From Eledone cirrhosa (taxonomy: Eukaryota): DNA of 64,000 nt. A program made the translations under genes and the position numbers. The stretch covers positions 320,974,001-321,038,000 of the forward strand of contig OZ024741.1 in NCBI GenBank assembly GCA_964016885.1. The letters are read 5' to 3'. Each line of letters starts with the position of its first letter. Position 1 is the stretch's first letter. The notes below the pieces were generated by a model. The model saw only the letters and a list, made by a program, of their open reading frames with translations. It was not told the origin of the DNA and made no database searches. Shown one piece after another: positions 1 through 10,986 of the stretch.

Positions 1-170
1 TTGCCTCCGTCACTCGGGCCCAGCTAACAGCTTTGGCTCCCTCGTTTCCCAGAGCACGTATTTTGCTTCTGACAACGCAACCCTCGTGCTTTGCATCGAA
101 GAACTGGTCCAAGGCCGTTCTCGTTGCTAGCACGCTGGCTACGTTGACACTTCTAATTACCTCTTCTACT
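1..170 (-). pseudogene. Fragment of Tx1/L1-like LINE ORF2, diverged relative of the 39880-45810 element
   Basis: Minus strand translates as VLATRTALDQFFDAKHEGCVVRSKIRALGNEGAKAVSWARVTEA, matching VLATKLALDQFFNAKHEGCVVRARVRALRHEGTKAVQCARVAEA in ORF 40173..42782. Confidence 0.8.
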
Positions 171-342
171 TTATCCTCTTCTATTAGTAATTCAGTGAAA
201 CTACACACTGATTGGTCGAAATACAGTTTGCAAGATTTAGCATTCTGGAGCCACTTTTCCCTGTATAAAATGTATAAAAGGTAGAAAATTTACCCATCTT
301 ATTACAATTGAAAATTGCGAACTTGACTGTCACCACATATTA

Positions 343-381
343 TGAACCTGAAGATTGCGAAAGCATGAAAGTACTTGTTCA
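343..381 (+). ncRNA. Minimal type I hammerhead ribozyme (family A)
   Basis: TGAAC-CTGAAGA-tTGC(GAAA)GCAt-GAAA-GTAC-TT-GTTCA. Stem I TGAAC/GTTCA, tetraloop stem II, palindromic stem III AGTACT. Confidence 0.75.
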
Positions 382-543
382 ATTAACACTTAGAATTTAA
401 TATTCTATCATACTATTTCATTATAATACCATTATAAATTTTAAAGGATCGTAAATAAAACGAGTAAATCACACAAAGTTGGAATTCTTTTTATTAATAT
501 AATCTTCTATACACAATCATACACACCCGTGTATATTTATCTA

Positions 544-583
<40 letters not shown>

Positions 584-639
584 CATAAATTAATAAAATA
601 ATGAATAAACAAAGAAACAGTTCCTTATATTAAAAAAAT

Positions 640-781
640 TCATCATTTTACGATCCTTTCTAGGATATATATGTGTTAGAGTTGGTATGCATATTCTATA
701 GATCTATGTACAATATTTATACAAACTATCAGAGGGAATATACATACCTACACATATATATGCTGTCTTCAGAAATAATGA
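640..781 (-). ncRNA. Type I HHR with very long stem II (family B, stem III mutated)
   Basis: Reverse complement of 2655-2800, with GAAAGGATCGT in place of GAAACGATCGT. Confidence 0.6.
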
Positions 782-1415
782 TATTTGTTTATTGAAAAAA
801 ACAAAGATTCAATACAATAGGTCTGTTTAGGGAACAGGTTTTGAATTGACCAATAGAGAGATAGTGAGGGTCAGGATAGTAATATAGTAGTAGAAGAACC
901 TTAAATTATGGGTAGAGGAAGGTAGATTTCAGTTTTGGATGGAAAAGAATATTATGAATGAAGGATTATTTTAGGGAAGAAATAGGTCTTATGCTGACCT
1001 CAGAAATAATTTTATTTTTTCATTGAATAAAACCAACAAAGATCTAATATATTCTGTCTGTTTGGTAAGAGGTTTAGAATTAACCAATAGAAAGTTAATA
1101 ATTGGCCAAATGGTAAAATAGTAGTAATTGAAGCTTATTTTAGGGGTGAAAATAGGTCAGGTGGTCAGTAAAAGGTATACAAGCAGTTGCTGTTATAAAA
1201 TAGTAATGCCAATACAAATATCTAAGGTGACTAAAGTTTTAAGATAAGAATGTTAGTGAAAAAAATACATCTATGAAAGGAATATAAATTAATTTAATTG
1301 ATGGGTATATTTATATTGATAAAATTATACTAATACATATAGATATGATAAATAAGAGTTAGATACAGTTGAAAAGTGCTGTTAAAGATGAGGGGAAATT
1401 AAAAGAATATAAAAA

Positions 1416-1469
1416 TAATATATATATATACTTATACATATATATATATATATACATATATATACACAT

Positions 1470-1513
<44 letters not shown>

Positions 1514-1588
1514 CATATATATACATATATATACATATATATGCACATACACACACACACATATATACATATACATATACATATATAT

Positions 1589-1649
<61 letters not shown>

Positions 1650-1720
1650 GATATATACATGCACATATACATACATACACATACACATACACACACATAT
1701 ACACTTATATATACATATAA
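1416..1720. repeat. (TA)n/(TACA)n/(CA)n microsatellite, representative of dozens of similar tracts in the window
   Basis: Direct reading. Similar tracts at 3232-3348, 10550-10632, 17608-17658, 18742-18828, 19022-19148, 23690-23920, 33329-33407, 33803-34032 and 61319-61556. Confidence 0.95.
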
Positions 1721-1874
1721 TTATTGGGGGGGGGGGGATTAAATTTATTAGTGAGAAATAGTAAATATATATAGTTTTCAAGGAACATAGAGTTATAACC
1801 TGAAGTTAAAGCATTATATATGTTTACTTAATGGTATCAGTTTTAGGAAATGATATTTGTAAGAAGGAAAGCAA

Positions 1875-2097
1875 AATTATGTACTTCATCAGTAGTAGAA
1901 TATTAATTATAGGTTAACTAAATTAAAAATACTTTATATATTAATTTCAAAAGTGTATATTAATTAGGTTTATAATTTTTAAAGCAGAATTATGTAGTTC
2001 ATCAGTAGTAGAATATTAATTATAGGTTAACTAAATTAAAAATAATTTATAAATTAATTTCTAAAGTGTATATTAATTAGGTTTATAATATTTAAAG
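1875..2097. repeat. About 112-bp tandem duplication at the PLE ORF end and 3' UTR
   Basis: aattatgta(c/g)ttcatcagtagtagaatattaattataggttaactaaattaaaaat...ggtttataat occurs twice. Confidence 0.85.
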
Positions 2098-2438
2098 GTT
2101 TTTCTCAGTTTATGATTACACGATATTATTAATTCCTGTCGCTTATTTAATAGGATATCCTTAGATTTCATTATTTCAAAAAGTTCTTGGGAACATAATC
2201 TACATTCATTTCTACTATTTTGATAAGGGGTGGCCCTTTTGAGCACACTCCAGGTCAGGTCATATTCTATATTCCTCTTTCTATAACTATTTATTATTTC
2301 AGCTAGAGATGTTGTATTAGCTAGTGCGGCATTTTTAAAACTATGTTTGTGGGTATTAAATCTTACCTTAAATTTGTTAGAGGTAGCTCCTATATATGAA
2401 TAAATTGAGTCCTTAGTGTTAACTTTACATTTATATAG
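2073..2438 (-). pseudogene. PLE GIY-YIG endonuclease C-terminal fragment
   Basis: Manual translation LYKCKVNTKDSIYSYIGATSNKFKVRFNTHKHSFKN...WSVLKRATPYQNSRNECRLCSQELFEI...LNKRQELIISCNHK. Not in the ORF track because it has no start codon. Confidence 0.85.
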
Positions 2439-2654
2439 GTCAGCATCAGACCTATTTCTTCCCTAAAATAATCCTTCATTCATAATATTCTTTTCCATCC
2501 AAAACTGAAATCTACCTTCCTCTACCCATAATTTAAGGTTCTTCTACTACTATATTACTATCCTGACCCTCACCATCTCTCTATTGGTCAATTCAAAACC
2601 TGTTCCCAAACAGACCTATTGTATTAAATCTTTGTTTTTTTCAATAAACAAATA

Positions 2655-2800
2655 TCATTATTTCTGAAGACAGCATATATATGTGTAGGTATGTATATTC
2701 CCTCTGATAGTTTGTATAAATATTGTACATAGATCTATAGAATATGCATACCAACTCTAACACATATATATATATCCTAGAAACGATCGTAAAATGATGA
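2655..2800 (+). ncRNA. Type I HHR with about 110-nt stem II (family B)
   Basis: TCATTATTT-CTGAAGA-[long hairpin]-GAAA-CGATCG-TA-AAATGATGA. 9-bp stem I, palindromic stem III ACGATCGT. Confidence 0.75.
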
Positions 2801-3227
2801 ATGTTTTTAATATAAGGAACTGTTTCTTTGTTTATTCATTATTTTATTAATTTATCTTGACTCTGTTTTCCGTTTATTTTTCACCGAAAGTAGTTTTTGA
2901 ATGCATCTTCTCTTTTCATGATCTCCGGATTACATTGAGTTCTTCATACAGATTGGACACTACCGTAAACTTTTGGTAGATTTATCTACATATATATATA
3001 CATATATATTATGAAGAGAGACGATTTTATGACGAATTATGATATAATTTTGTTTACATCTGTTTACAAAAAAAAAGTAATTATGTAATAAACAGATGTA
3101 CACATAAAACCGTCATTCTTCTTCATAAAAATTGACACCTTATCGATAACATTCTAAAGAATACACTTGGTAGAGTGCTTTACAAAAACGTCGGTGGTCT
3201 ATCTGATCAACCAACTTTCCTTAATTG

Positions 3228-3351
<124 letters not shown>

Positions 3352-3596
3352 TATCGAGAATCGGAACCTCGGCCCACGAAATAACGAAACACAATCTTCG
3401 AAATGTGTGGCAAAGTGCTCAATAGTTTGGATAAACCAGAGCTATAACTAACGTTTAAATACCAACACACTGAGACGATGCTTAAACAATCATTCGCACA
3501 GCCGAAAACACGACCAAGAAAATTCGGGTCAGACAAATAAAAATATATATGAATGAAAAATTTACCCGGACCCCCTGGAAAGATGGTAAATTCCAT

Positions 3597-3727
3597 ATAT
3601 ATTAAAATAACAGATTAAAGTTTAATAAATATGTTAATAAATATTTGCTCTACGGTTCTTATATATCTGATATATATTTATCCTTATCGAGCCCTCTTTG
3701 GATTTTAGTCTTCAAATTTATTATTAT

Positions 3728-3731
<4 letters not shown>
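3597..3731 (+). mobile_element. Short 3'-terminal fragment of PLE family C with a small inverted segment
   Basis: Reverse complement of 28993-29090 (tagtaataataataaatttgaagactaaaatccaaagagggctcgataagg...), abutting (TA)n. Confidence 0.7.
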
Positions 3732-3756
<25 letters not shown>

Positions 3757-3762
<6 letters not shown>

Positions 3763-5080
3763 GTCGGCAAATTCAGCATCCGATACCTTTTTCGCCCTAA
3801 CTCTCCTGCTCTGAGCCGGTGCTACAATAAATCCAGAGTCCTGGCGTTTCTCCAGTGCAAGGCGCATACAATAGTCCACTACGATGATAAAAAGGTAGGG
3901 AGCCAATGTATCTCCCTGGATGACTCCAGCCAGTATCTCAAAGAACTCTGTCATCCCATCAGGTGTAATGACTTGGGCTTTGGTGTTGGTGTAGAGCAGT
4001 GATATCAGGTCCCCCATCTTCTTGGGGATTCCATAAGCCTGTAAGATCTTTATCAGTCAGTAACGGTCCACAGAATCAAAGGCCTTCCTAAAGTCAATGA
4101 AAACCATCACCGCAGGAAGGCACTTTGCTCTAGCTCCCTCTAATATCCTCCTCGGCATAAGGATGTGACTGGTGGTTGATCTACCCTCTCTGAAGCGGTT
4201 CTGGTTGTCCCTGAGCTTCTTCTCCATCTCAGGCTGGATCCTGATAAGAATCATCCTGTTGAGGGTCTTTGTCACAAGTGACGTCAGTGAGATCCCCCTG
4301 TAGTTGTTGGTGTTAGAGAGATCTCCATTCTTTGGCACGACATAGTTTTGGTGACAAATACAGTGAAGGAGGCAGAGGATTTGATGCGGGAAGTTGAGAC
4401 TGTGTCGATGAGTGTGGGGCTGAGAATGAATGAGACTAAAACAAAATATCTGGTAGAGAATGTTGAGAAGCCAGAGGGGATCACTAATGTAGGCGGGAAG
4501 CCGCTAGAATTGGTTGAGGGCTTCCTGTATTTGGGAGCAAAGATTGGGAATACGGAAGATGATGTGGTTGAGAGGAAGAGCAAGGCCTGGGCGGCGTGCC
4601 ACAGCTTGAGATCGGTGTGGAAGTCGGACCTTCGTAGAGACCTGAAAATCCGCCTCTTCATTGCTGTAGTGGAGTCTGTGCTGCTGTATGGGTCTGAGAC
4701 TTGGACACTGACCAAGAAACTCACTCAGATGGTGGATGGGTACTACACGAGAATGCTGAGGATGGCTCTGAACATTAATCAGTATACACTGAGGATGAAA
4801 AACTCAGAGCTGTATCCCAAAAGGCAGCTCAAAAGTGACACAGAGGAGACTGAGGTTAGCTGGACATGCTCACCGACATCCAGAGTTGACATTGCACTCA
4901 GTGCTCCTTTGGGAGCCCCTACATGGACACACTAGAAGAGGAAGACCAAGGTTAACGTATGTTGATGCCCTAAGGACAGACACTGGTCTGTTGGAGACGC
5001 AAGATATGGCAGCGGTAATGAGGGACAGAGACCGCTGGAGAGAACTCGTCCATGGATCTCGGGAATTTTACCCGCCTTAG
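3757..5080. mobile_element. 5'-truncated RTE-like LINE with 5' inversion (3757-4338 minus, 4337-5080 plus)
   Basis: Minus segment encodes NYRGISL...FIDFRKAFDSV...GVIQGDTLAPYLF...EFADDI. Plus segment continues DIVLVTNTVKEAE...LLYGSETWTL...RGRPRLTY...DRWR. Confidence 0.9.
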
Positions 5081-5269
5081 ATATATATATATATATAACG
5101 AAGGAAATGTGATAAGGAACCAGATGGACCATAACGCACCAAAGTAATCAATGCTTAGGGTAGTAGAGTGGGTAATAGGAAAAAGTATGAGTCCAGTCCA
5201 GAATTAGCTGTCGAAACAGCTTGAGCTCTGCTGTCGGGGTCATACTTGTTCCTATATATATATATATAT

Positions 5270-5521
5270 AGTAATAATAATAAATTTGAAGACTAAAAAC
5301 CAAAGAGGGCTGGATAAGGATAAATATATATCAAATATATAAGAACCGTAGAGCAAATATTTATTAAAATAACAGATTAAAGTTTAAGCAAGGAATCGCT
5401 GCTTTCACCCTTAACGGGATCTTCTGAGAATATTTTCTCTACGGTTCTTATATATTTGATATATATTTATCCTTATCGAACCCTCTTTGGATTTTAGTCT
5501 TCAAATTTATTATTATTACTA
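5270..5521. mobile_element. Mini fold-back insertion of the PLE family C 3' end
   Basis: 5270-5427 matches 28993-29150; 5430-5521 is an inverted copy of 5270-5352. Flanked by (TA)n. Confidence 0.75.
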
Positions 5522-5530
5522 TATATATAT

Positions 5531-5797
5531 AGGAGGTGAGTTTTATTGTAGCACAATAAAGCAATGCAAATATCGGATAAGTAGCACTCAACAGTTTATT
5601 GGACTGGAGTATATATATGTTGATTAGACACTACCTTGCTCACAAGTGTATTTTTAAGTGTTTTTTTTTAACCTTCATATCATGTCTCCCTATTTCATCT
5701 GATGAGAACGCAAATATCGTCCCAGGATGATATTTGTTTTTGAAATGCGCATAATAAAATACATGGAACTTTTTTAACCATCTTTTAATTTCTTCTT
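5531..5797 (+). mobile_element. Short non-coding HHR-bearing element related to the 3' end of PLE 34273-37634
   Basis: Starts aggaggtgagt and ends aatttcttc(TA)n. Last about 170 nt resemble 37480-37634. Confidence 0.7.
5691..5761 (+). ncRNA. Type I HHR (family D)
   Basis: TATTTCAT-CTGATGA-[gaacgcaaatatcgtc..gatgatatttgttttt]-GAAA-TGCGCA-TA-ATAAAATA. Confidence 0.75.
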
Positions 5798-5939
5798 ATA
5801 TATATATATATATATATATATTGCACCATAGATGTAACTTTTTCCAAGTAAGAAAGTGAGGGTATTTTTGTCTACTGAATTTTATTAAAAGATTAAAGAC
5901 ATTATTTAAATATTCACTTCTTTAACATTTTCAAATGTC

Positions 5940-6130
5940 AACACTTCCGGTTATACGACATTCCTAACGTCTTCACGAACCAAAGTATCATCTTCCCGTT
6001 TTCTTTCGGTTGTAACGTTTTTCGAAATATTTACTTCTGAGTTCACAGATTGATTTTTTTTAGTTTCAGATATCCTGTTAAGGGTGAAAGCAGCGATTCT
6101 TTGCTTAAAATTTAATCTGTTATTTTAATA
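5940..6130 (+). mobile_element. Diverged copy of the PLE family C 3' end
   Basis: Reverse complement of 9196-9360. Includes a degenerate HHR variant at 6062-6111. Confidence 0.65.
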
Positions 6131-6196
6131 TATATATATATATAATTATATATTCGTGTACAAATATATATTTTTGCATACACAAAAACAAAATAT

Positions 6197-6640
6197 AAAC
6201 AAACGTATTTATTTCACGAAAGCACAGACGGCTTATCGTCATTGTTACTGCCGAGATGCCACCCAAAAAGTCCCAGCCTGGCCACAAGATCAGATTTTCC
6301 AGAAGAAAACATGTCATAACAAACGTATTTATTTCACGAAAGCACAGACGGCTTATCGTCATTGTTACTGCCGATATGCCACCCAAAAAGCCCTAGCCTA
6401 GCTGCAAGATCAGATTTTCCAGAAGAAAAAATGTTACTAGAGCAACAGAGAGACTAACCTTAGCTATTACCATCAACAAAGCTCAGGGTCAGACCCTAAA
6501 AGTGGCTGGCCTTCATCTGGGAAAACTATGGTCAATTGTATGTAGGATGCTCTAGGTTCAGCTCGCCAAACAATCTCTTCATCTTTGCTCCCGGGAGCCG
6601 AACAAAAAATATTGTATACTCTCAGGCTCTAACAATGTAA
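6197..6640 (+). pseudogene. Internally deleted Helitron Rep/helicase remnant
   Basis: 6452-6640 reads RLTLAITINKAQGQTLKVAGLHL..GQLYVGCSR..NNLFIFAPGSRTKNIVYSQAL, a PIF1-type helicase C-terminus. It is preceded by a 120-bp tandem duplication encoding MPPKKSQPGHKIRFSRRK. Confidence 0.8.
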
Positions 6641-7386
6641 TTTATGTATTTTCTGTTACTTGGAATTTCCATTATGTTTGTACAAATTATTGTAAAGTTT
6701 GTTAAAAAATGTGTTCTCTGTTCAACTATCAATTTTCTTTAACGTACTTGCTGAGAAAAGAAACCTACAATGAAAGAACATCTTAAAGTTTACCCAAGCC
6801 AAATGTTGTATTTATTAACATTTCTATCTGCAGGTTCTTAGCAAGCTTACTGGCGCTTTAGTATGGCATTCAATTCTCATATCGTTTTTGATTGATATGG
6901 TGCATATATCGCAGCTATTAATATGTCTTAAACATTAGATAACGATTGCTGATGTATATTGTACAACATAATTAGCTGAAAAATATTTTGAATGAACAAA
7001 TAAAAGAGATATAAAAGAGAGATGTTTGTTAGTTGGTTCCTTCGCGTATCACACGGAAAAAACGGAAAGTGACAATGGGAAAGTATGTACAGGATTGGGA
7101 TAAGAGTATATCCAGGAAAGTTTATTGATACTAATTTTATAACACCAAAGAAGAAGAAAGACATACCACGTATGCTAACCATCCTTACTGCTATTTCTAG
7201 CAGGTTGGGAAGCATTCATAAGGGATTCTCTCTGCGAGTTCGTTGTCAGTGATGATCGTGTTTCGCGGCCTATGTCTCCGATTCCAACGGTGGTTTACAC
7301 ACACACACACGCACACGCACACGCACACACACCAACACTCACACAGGCACGCACACACACACACACATATATATACACACACACAT

Positions 7387-7420
<34 letters not shown>

Positions 7421-7610
7421 ACACTCACACACACATATATATATACACACAAACACACACACACATACACTATACTCACACACTGTTAACAAGACAATGC
7501 ATTCAATACAGACGTTTTATCTTCTGCCGGTCTCCTCTTATCATTTGTTAACCTTGGCGAAGCTGGATACCTCAGCTCGTATATATATATATATATATAT
7601 AACAAATAGT

Positions 7611-8030
7611 TAATCGAATATCATTATTAATATTCGAAAAACTCAGATTACATGTATTGTATTCAGCCATGTAAAGCGATAAACTTTTTGTGAGTTATTT
7701 GAATATGGCAAAGCCGGCCATTAATTGCTCGAAGACATAAAACTGACTGGCCTATCTGCTGATATGCAAATTTGGCTGATCGGGCGGTCTGTTAATATGC
7801 AGATCAGCTCGATCAGTCATTGTATATTTTAGAAAATATCATATATTTTCTCTAGCTCTGACAGTTGGCAGGTAAGCAATATACTGTACTGATGAAGGGT
7901 AATCACCAGGAAACATTAATGTTTGAAGTTCTGTTTACATGCCAACACAAGAGCAAGAATGACGGGGTCATAATAGCCAACGAATCGAATATCATTATAA
8001 ATATTAAAAAATCTCATATTACATTTATTA
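7611..8030 (+). mobile_element. HHR-containing non-coding unit, partial tandem (family E, diverged copy)
   Basis: Inverted homologue of 9552-10117. aatcgaatatcatt...attaca is repeated at 7612 and about 7983. Confidence 0.7.
7884..7928 (+). ncRNA. Type I HHR, degenerate (family E)
   Basis: CTGTA-CTGATGA-agggtaatcaccag-GAAA-CATTAATG-TT-TGAAG. Confidence 0.55.
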
Positions 8031-8034
8031 TATA

Positions 8035-8718
8035 CTAGCATTAAAGCCCGGCGTTGCTCGGGGTCAGGAAGTTATCAAAGTTAGGTTGCACCACCCATTT
8101 TATGGCAGCACTTTTTTGTCTGCCAGGCACTGGGTGAATGAATTGCAGACCTGGACTGCCGAAGCAGGAGCTGCGCCAGCAGTGACAATTGTAGTTTCGC
8201 CTATGGATATTATCTCTGTGCAAAGACGTGTTGAAATTTATTGTTTCACAGTACTTACGCAACACCCGCGTAGACGATGCCAGCCGAACAACAGAGCTGC
8301 GATGGAGTTGTTCTGCATGGTTGTCTAATGTGTGTTTTCTAAATTTAAGACAGTAGGGAGTGGTGTGATATGGGGGGCGAGTTAGCTGATGTTTCTAGCA
8401 GGTTTAGTGACCTCATAGAGGATATGTTTTCTAAATTTAAGACAGTAGGGAGGGGGGTGATATGGGGGAGAGTTAGCTGCTGTTTCTAGCAGGTTTAGTG
8501 ACCTCATAGAGGATATTATTGTGTGTAGTAAATGAACTGATACTTCTTTCTTCCACGTTCGTTGAGAGATGTTTTAAAACAGATTTATCGTTATTTTCTT
8601 TGTTGTTGAATAAATTTATCTGTTGCTTTTGAATAATTGTTGTTTCGTATGAAATGTAATAAGTTCTCTTTGTCATTGAAGTAAATAAATGTTTGACCGT
8701 TCCACACTCAAAAGCAAA

Positions 8719-8807
<89 letters not shown>

Positions 8808-9163
8808 TCACTCTCTTCTCTCTCTTCTTTCTTCGGCGTTCCTAAAGGAAGTTTGTAAGTTTAAGCGTATATAAGAGAAAGTTGCAGCATGTATGTAGTT
8901 TTATTGAATTTTAAGGGGAGTAGAGAGAGGAATCAGATTGTATTAGACGTGTAAAGCGTCATGTATTTAGTTTTATCGATTATTTCCGTAATTGTGGGTG
9001 AGTTTGAATGAAATAAATAGTCGTTGACCTAGGTTGAACCATTTACAACATTCTTACAGACTTTGAGTCGAATCGGTTTGAAATTGTGCAAATGTATAAA
9101 CATGGAACATGCACACACACACACACACAACAACAACAACAACAACAATCTGACTTCTATAGA
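8035..9163 (-). mobile_element. Non-autonomous Helitron
   Basis: On the minus strand it starts A|TCTATAG at 9163 and ends with the hairpin cccgagcaacgccggg, then ctttaatgCTAG|T at 8035. No TSD. Contains an internal about 92-bp tandem duplication (8331-8515) and (CT)n. Confidence 0.75.
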
Positions 9164-9168
9164 TAATG

Positions 9169-9195
<27 letters not shown>

Positions 9196-9200
<5 letters not shown>

Positions 9201-9530
9201 TAAAATAACAGATTAAAGTTTAAGCAAAGAATCGCTGCTTTCACCCTTAACGGGATCTTCTGAAACTAACAAAGTCAATCTGTAAACGCAGAACTGGATA
9301 TTTCAAAAAACGTTGCAACCGGAGGAAGACAGGAAGACGATACTTTGGTTCATGGTGACGTTCGCTGGCAAAGAACGGGAAAAAAAACGAATAATACGTC
9401 ATTAATAGGAGCGGTGAAAAACAATTACGTGCAAGGACAGAACCACGTTTATGGTATAAAAGAGGTCGTAGACTAATGTTCTCTAAGTGGTGCATAGAGA
9501 CGTTCTCTGGCAATGAACGAAAAAACGAAA
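9196..9530 (-). mobile_element. 3'-terminal fragment of PLE family C
   Basis: Near-identical to 29080-29420 and flanked by (TA)n. Confidence 0.75.
9217..9267 (-). ncRNA. HHR-like motif with non-canonical CAGAAGA core (family C)
   Basis: AGTTT-CAGAAGA-tCCC(gttaa)GGGt-GAAA-GCA(gcgattctt)TGC-TT-AAACT. Confidence 0.55.
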
Positions 9531-9551
9531 TATATATATATATATATATAT

Positions 9552-10115
9552 AAGAGAAAATTTCGCTCTACATGTCTGAACACAATAAATGTAATCTGAG
9601 TTTTTCGAATATTAATAATAACATTCGATTCGTTTGCAATTTTGCAAACAAGCCTCAATTTTATAGCCATGTCAGTAGAATGAACACTTCATTCTTGCTC
9701 TTGTGTTGGCATGCGAACAGAACTGCAGACACTAATGTTTCTGGATATCACCCTTCGTCAGTACAGCTCACTGTTCACCTGCCAAACTCTCAGAGCTAGT
9801 GAAAATATATGCTATTTTCAAAAATACACAGTGACTAATCGGCCTGATTTGCATATTAGCAGACTGGCTGATCAGTCAGATCTGCATATTAGCAGATTCA
9901 CTGATCAGTCAGATTTGCATATCAGCAGACTGGCCAGTCAGTTTCCTGTATACGAGCGATAAATGGCCGGCTTTGCCAAATTCAAATAAAAAAGAGAAAA
10001 TTTCGCTCTACATGGCTGAATACAATAAATGTAATCTGAGTTTTTCGAATATTAATAATAACATTCGATTAGTTTGCAATTTTGCAAACAAGCCTCAATT
10101 TTATAGCCATGTCAG

Positions 10116-10117
<2 letters not shown>
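9552..10117 (-). mobile_element. Retrozyme-like 440-nt HHR unit present as about 1.3 copies (family E)
   Basis: About 126-bp direct repeat at 9552-9678 and 9992-10117, with one HHR in between. (TA)n on both sides. Confidence 0.7.
9723..9766 (-). ncRNA. Type I HHR (family E)
   Basis: CTGTA-CTGACGA-aGGGT(gat)ATCCa-GAAA-CATTAGTG-TC-TGCAG, with a GUC cleavage triplet. Confidence 0.7.
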
Positions 10118-10160
<43 letters not shown>

Positions 10161-10545
10161 ATACATACGTGATAATAGCAAACAAAATTTTAGCATATAT
10201 TGCAGACTAATATAATGCATTACTTACACCCGTTTTCAGAGGTCACAGATCGCACTTCTCTATTAAGTTATATACTTTAGGAATTTGTGAATTAACTTTA
10301 AAATAAATTATATTACACATTATAATTACATATGGTCTATGTATCTCTCACTTATTATAGAAAACTGTGTTACCAGTAACACCAGTGACAGCCATTCAAA
10401 CATCATAAAGTAGATATTATATGTGTGTCTACTATTTTAGCTGTTAGAATTTGTTTCCATAACATAGTTGGTCGTTTAGTGTGGTAAGTTAATCTACATA
10501 TGTCCAACACAATCACATTTCCTAAACACACATATATATATACAT

Positions 10546-10633
<88 letters not shown>

Positions 10634-10649
10634 GTTATGTAATAAACAA

Positions 10650-10707
10650 CATTTACCAGTGGTTTCTTGAAGGCAGATATTTATATCTGTCCTCAGTCGT
10701 CAGAATG
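10650..10707 (-). ncRNA. Type I HHR (family F)
   Basis: CATT-CTGACGA-cTGAGGaCAGATAT(aa)ATATCTGcCTTCAa-GAAA-CCACTGG-TA-AATG, within an about 180-bp segment between (TA)n tracts. Confidence 0.7.
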
Positions 10708-10804
10708 AATAAATGACATGGTGTTTTTATTGACATAACTAATAAGCTCTGTATCCTACATAGACCACTCTCTTTTCCTGTACCTTTCCTGCGGAAATAC
10801 TTCA

Positions 10805-10842
<38 letters not shown>

Positions 10843-10986
10843 CATACATATATTCATACATACATACATACATACATACATACATGCATACATACAAAGA
10901 TGCATTCATATATATTGTGTTTATGTTTACGCCCCAGAATATAAGGAGTCTGTAAATTCAAAATGAAGTCTCCATCGAAGACAAAC

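Larger units (their letters stand above)
585..2855 (-). mobile_element. 5'-truncated Penelope-like element (Naiad-like GIY-YIG) with inverted copy of its 3' end
   Basis: GIY-YIG fragment at 2073-2438. Inverted repeat 585-1000 vs 2437-2855 with an HHR in each arm. Confidence 0.85.

Noticed and set aside
1359-1781. ORFs of YI, CV, HT or ER repeats here and throughout the track (e.g. 15875-16273, 18945-19202, 33773-34197, 61260-61898)
   Set aside because: They are translations of (TA)n, (CA)n, (GA)n and (TACA)n microsatellites, not genes.
1883-2010. Minus-strand CTGATGA in the 112-bp tandem repeat
   Set aside because: No downstream GAAA/UH and no closing stem I.
3009-3200. Imperfect hairpin followed by ctaaaga...aaaacgtc, possibly a decayed HHR
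   Set aside because: Both core motifs are mutated and the stems are weak.
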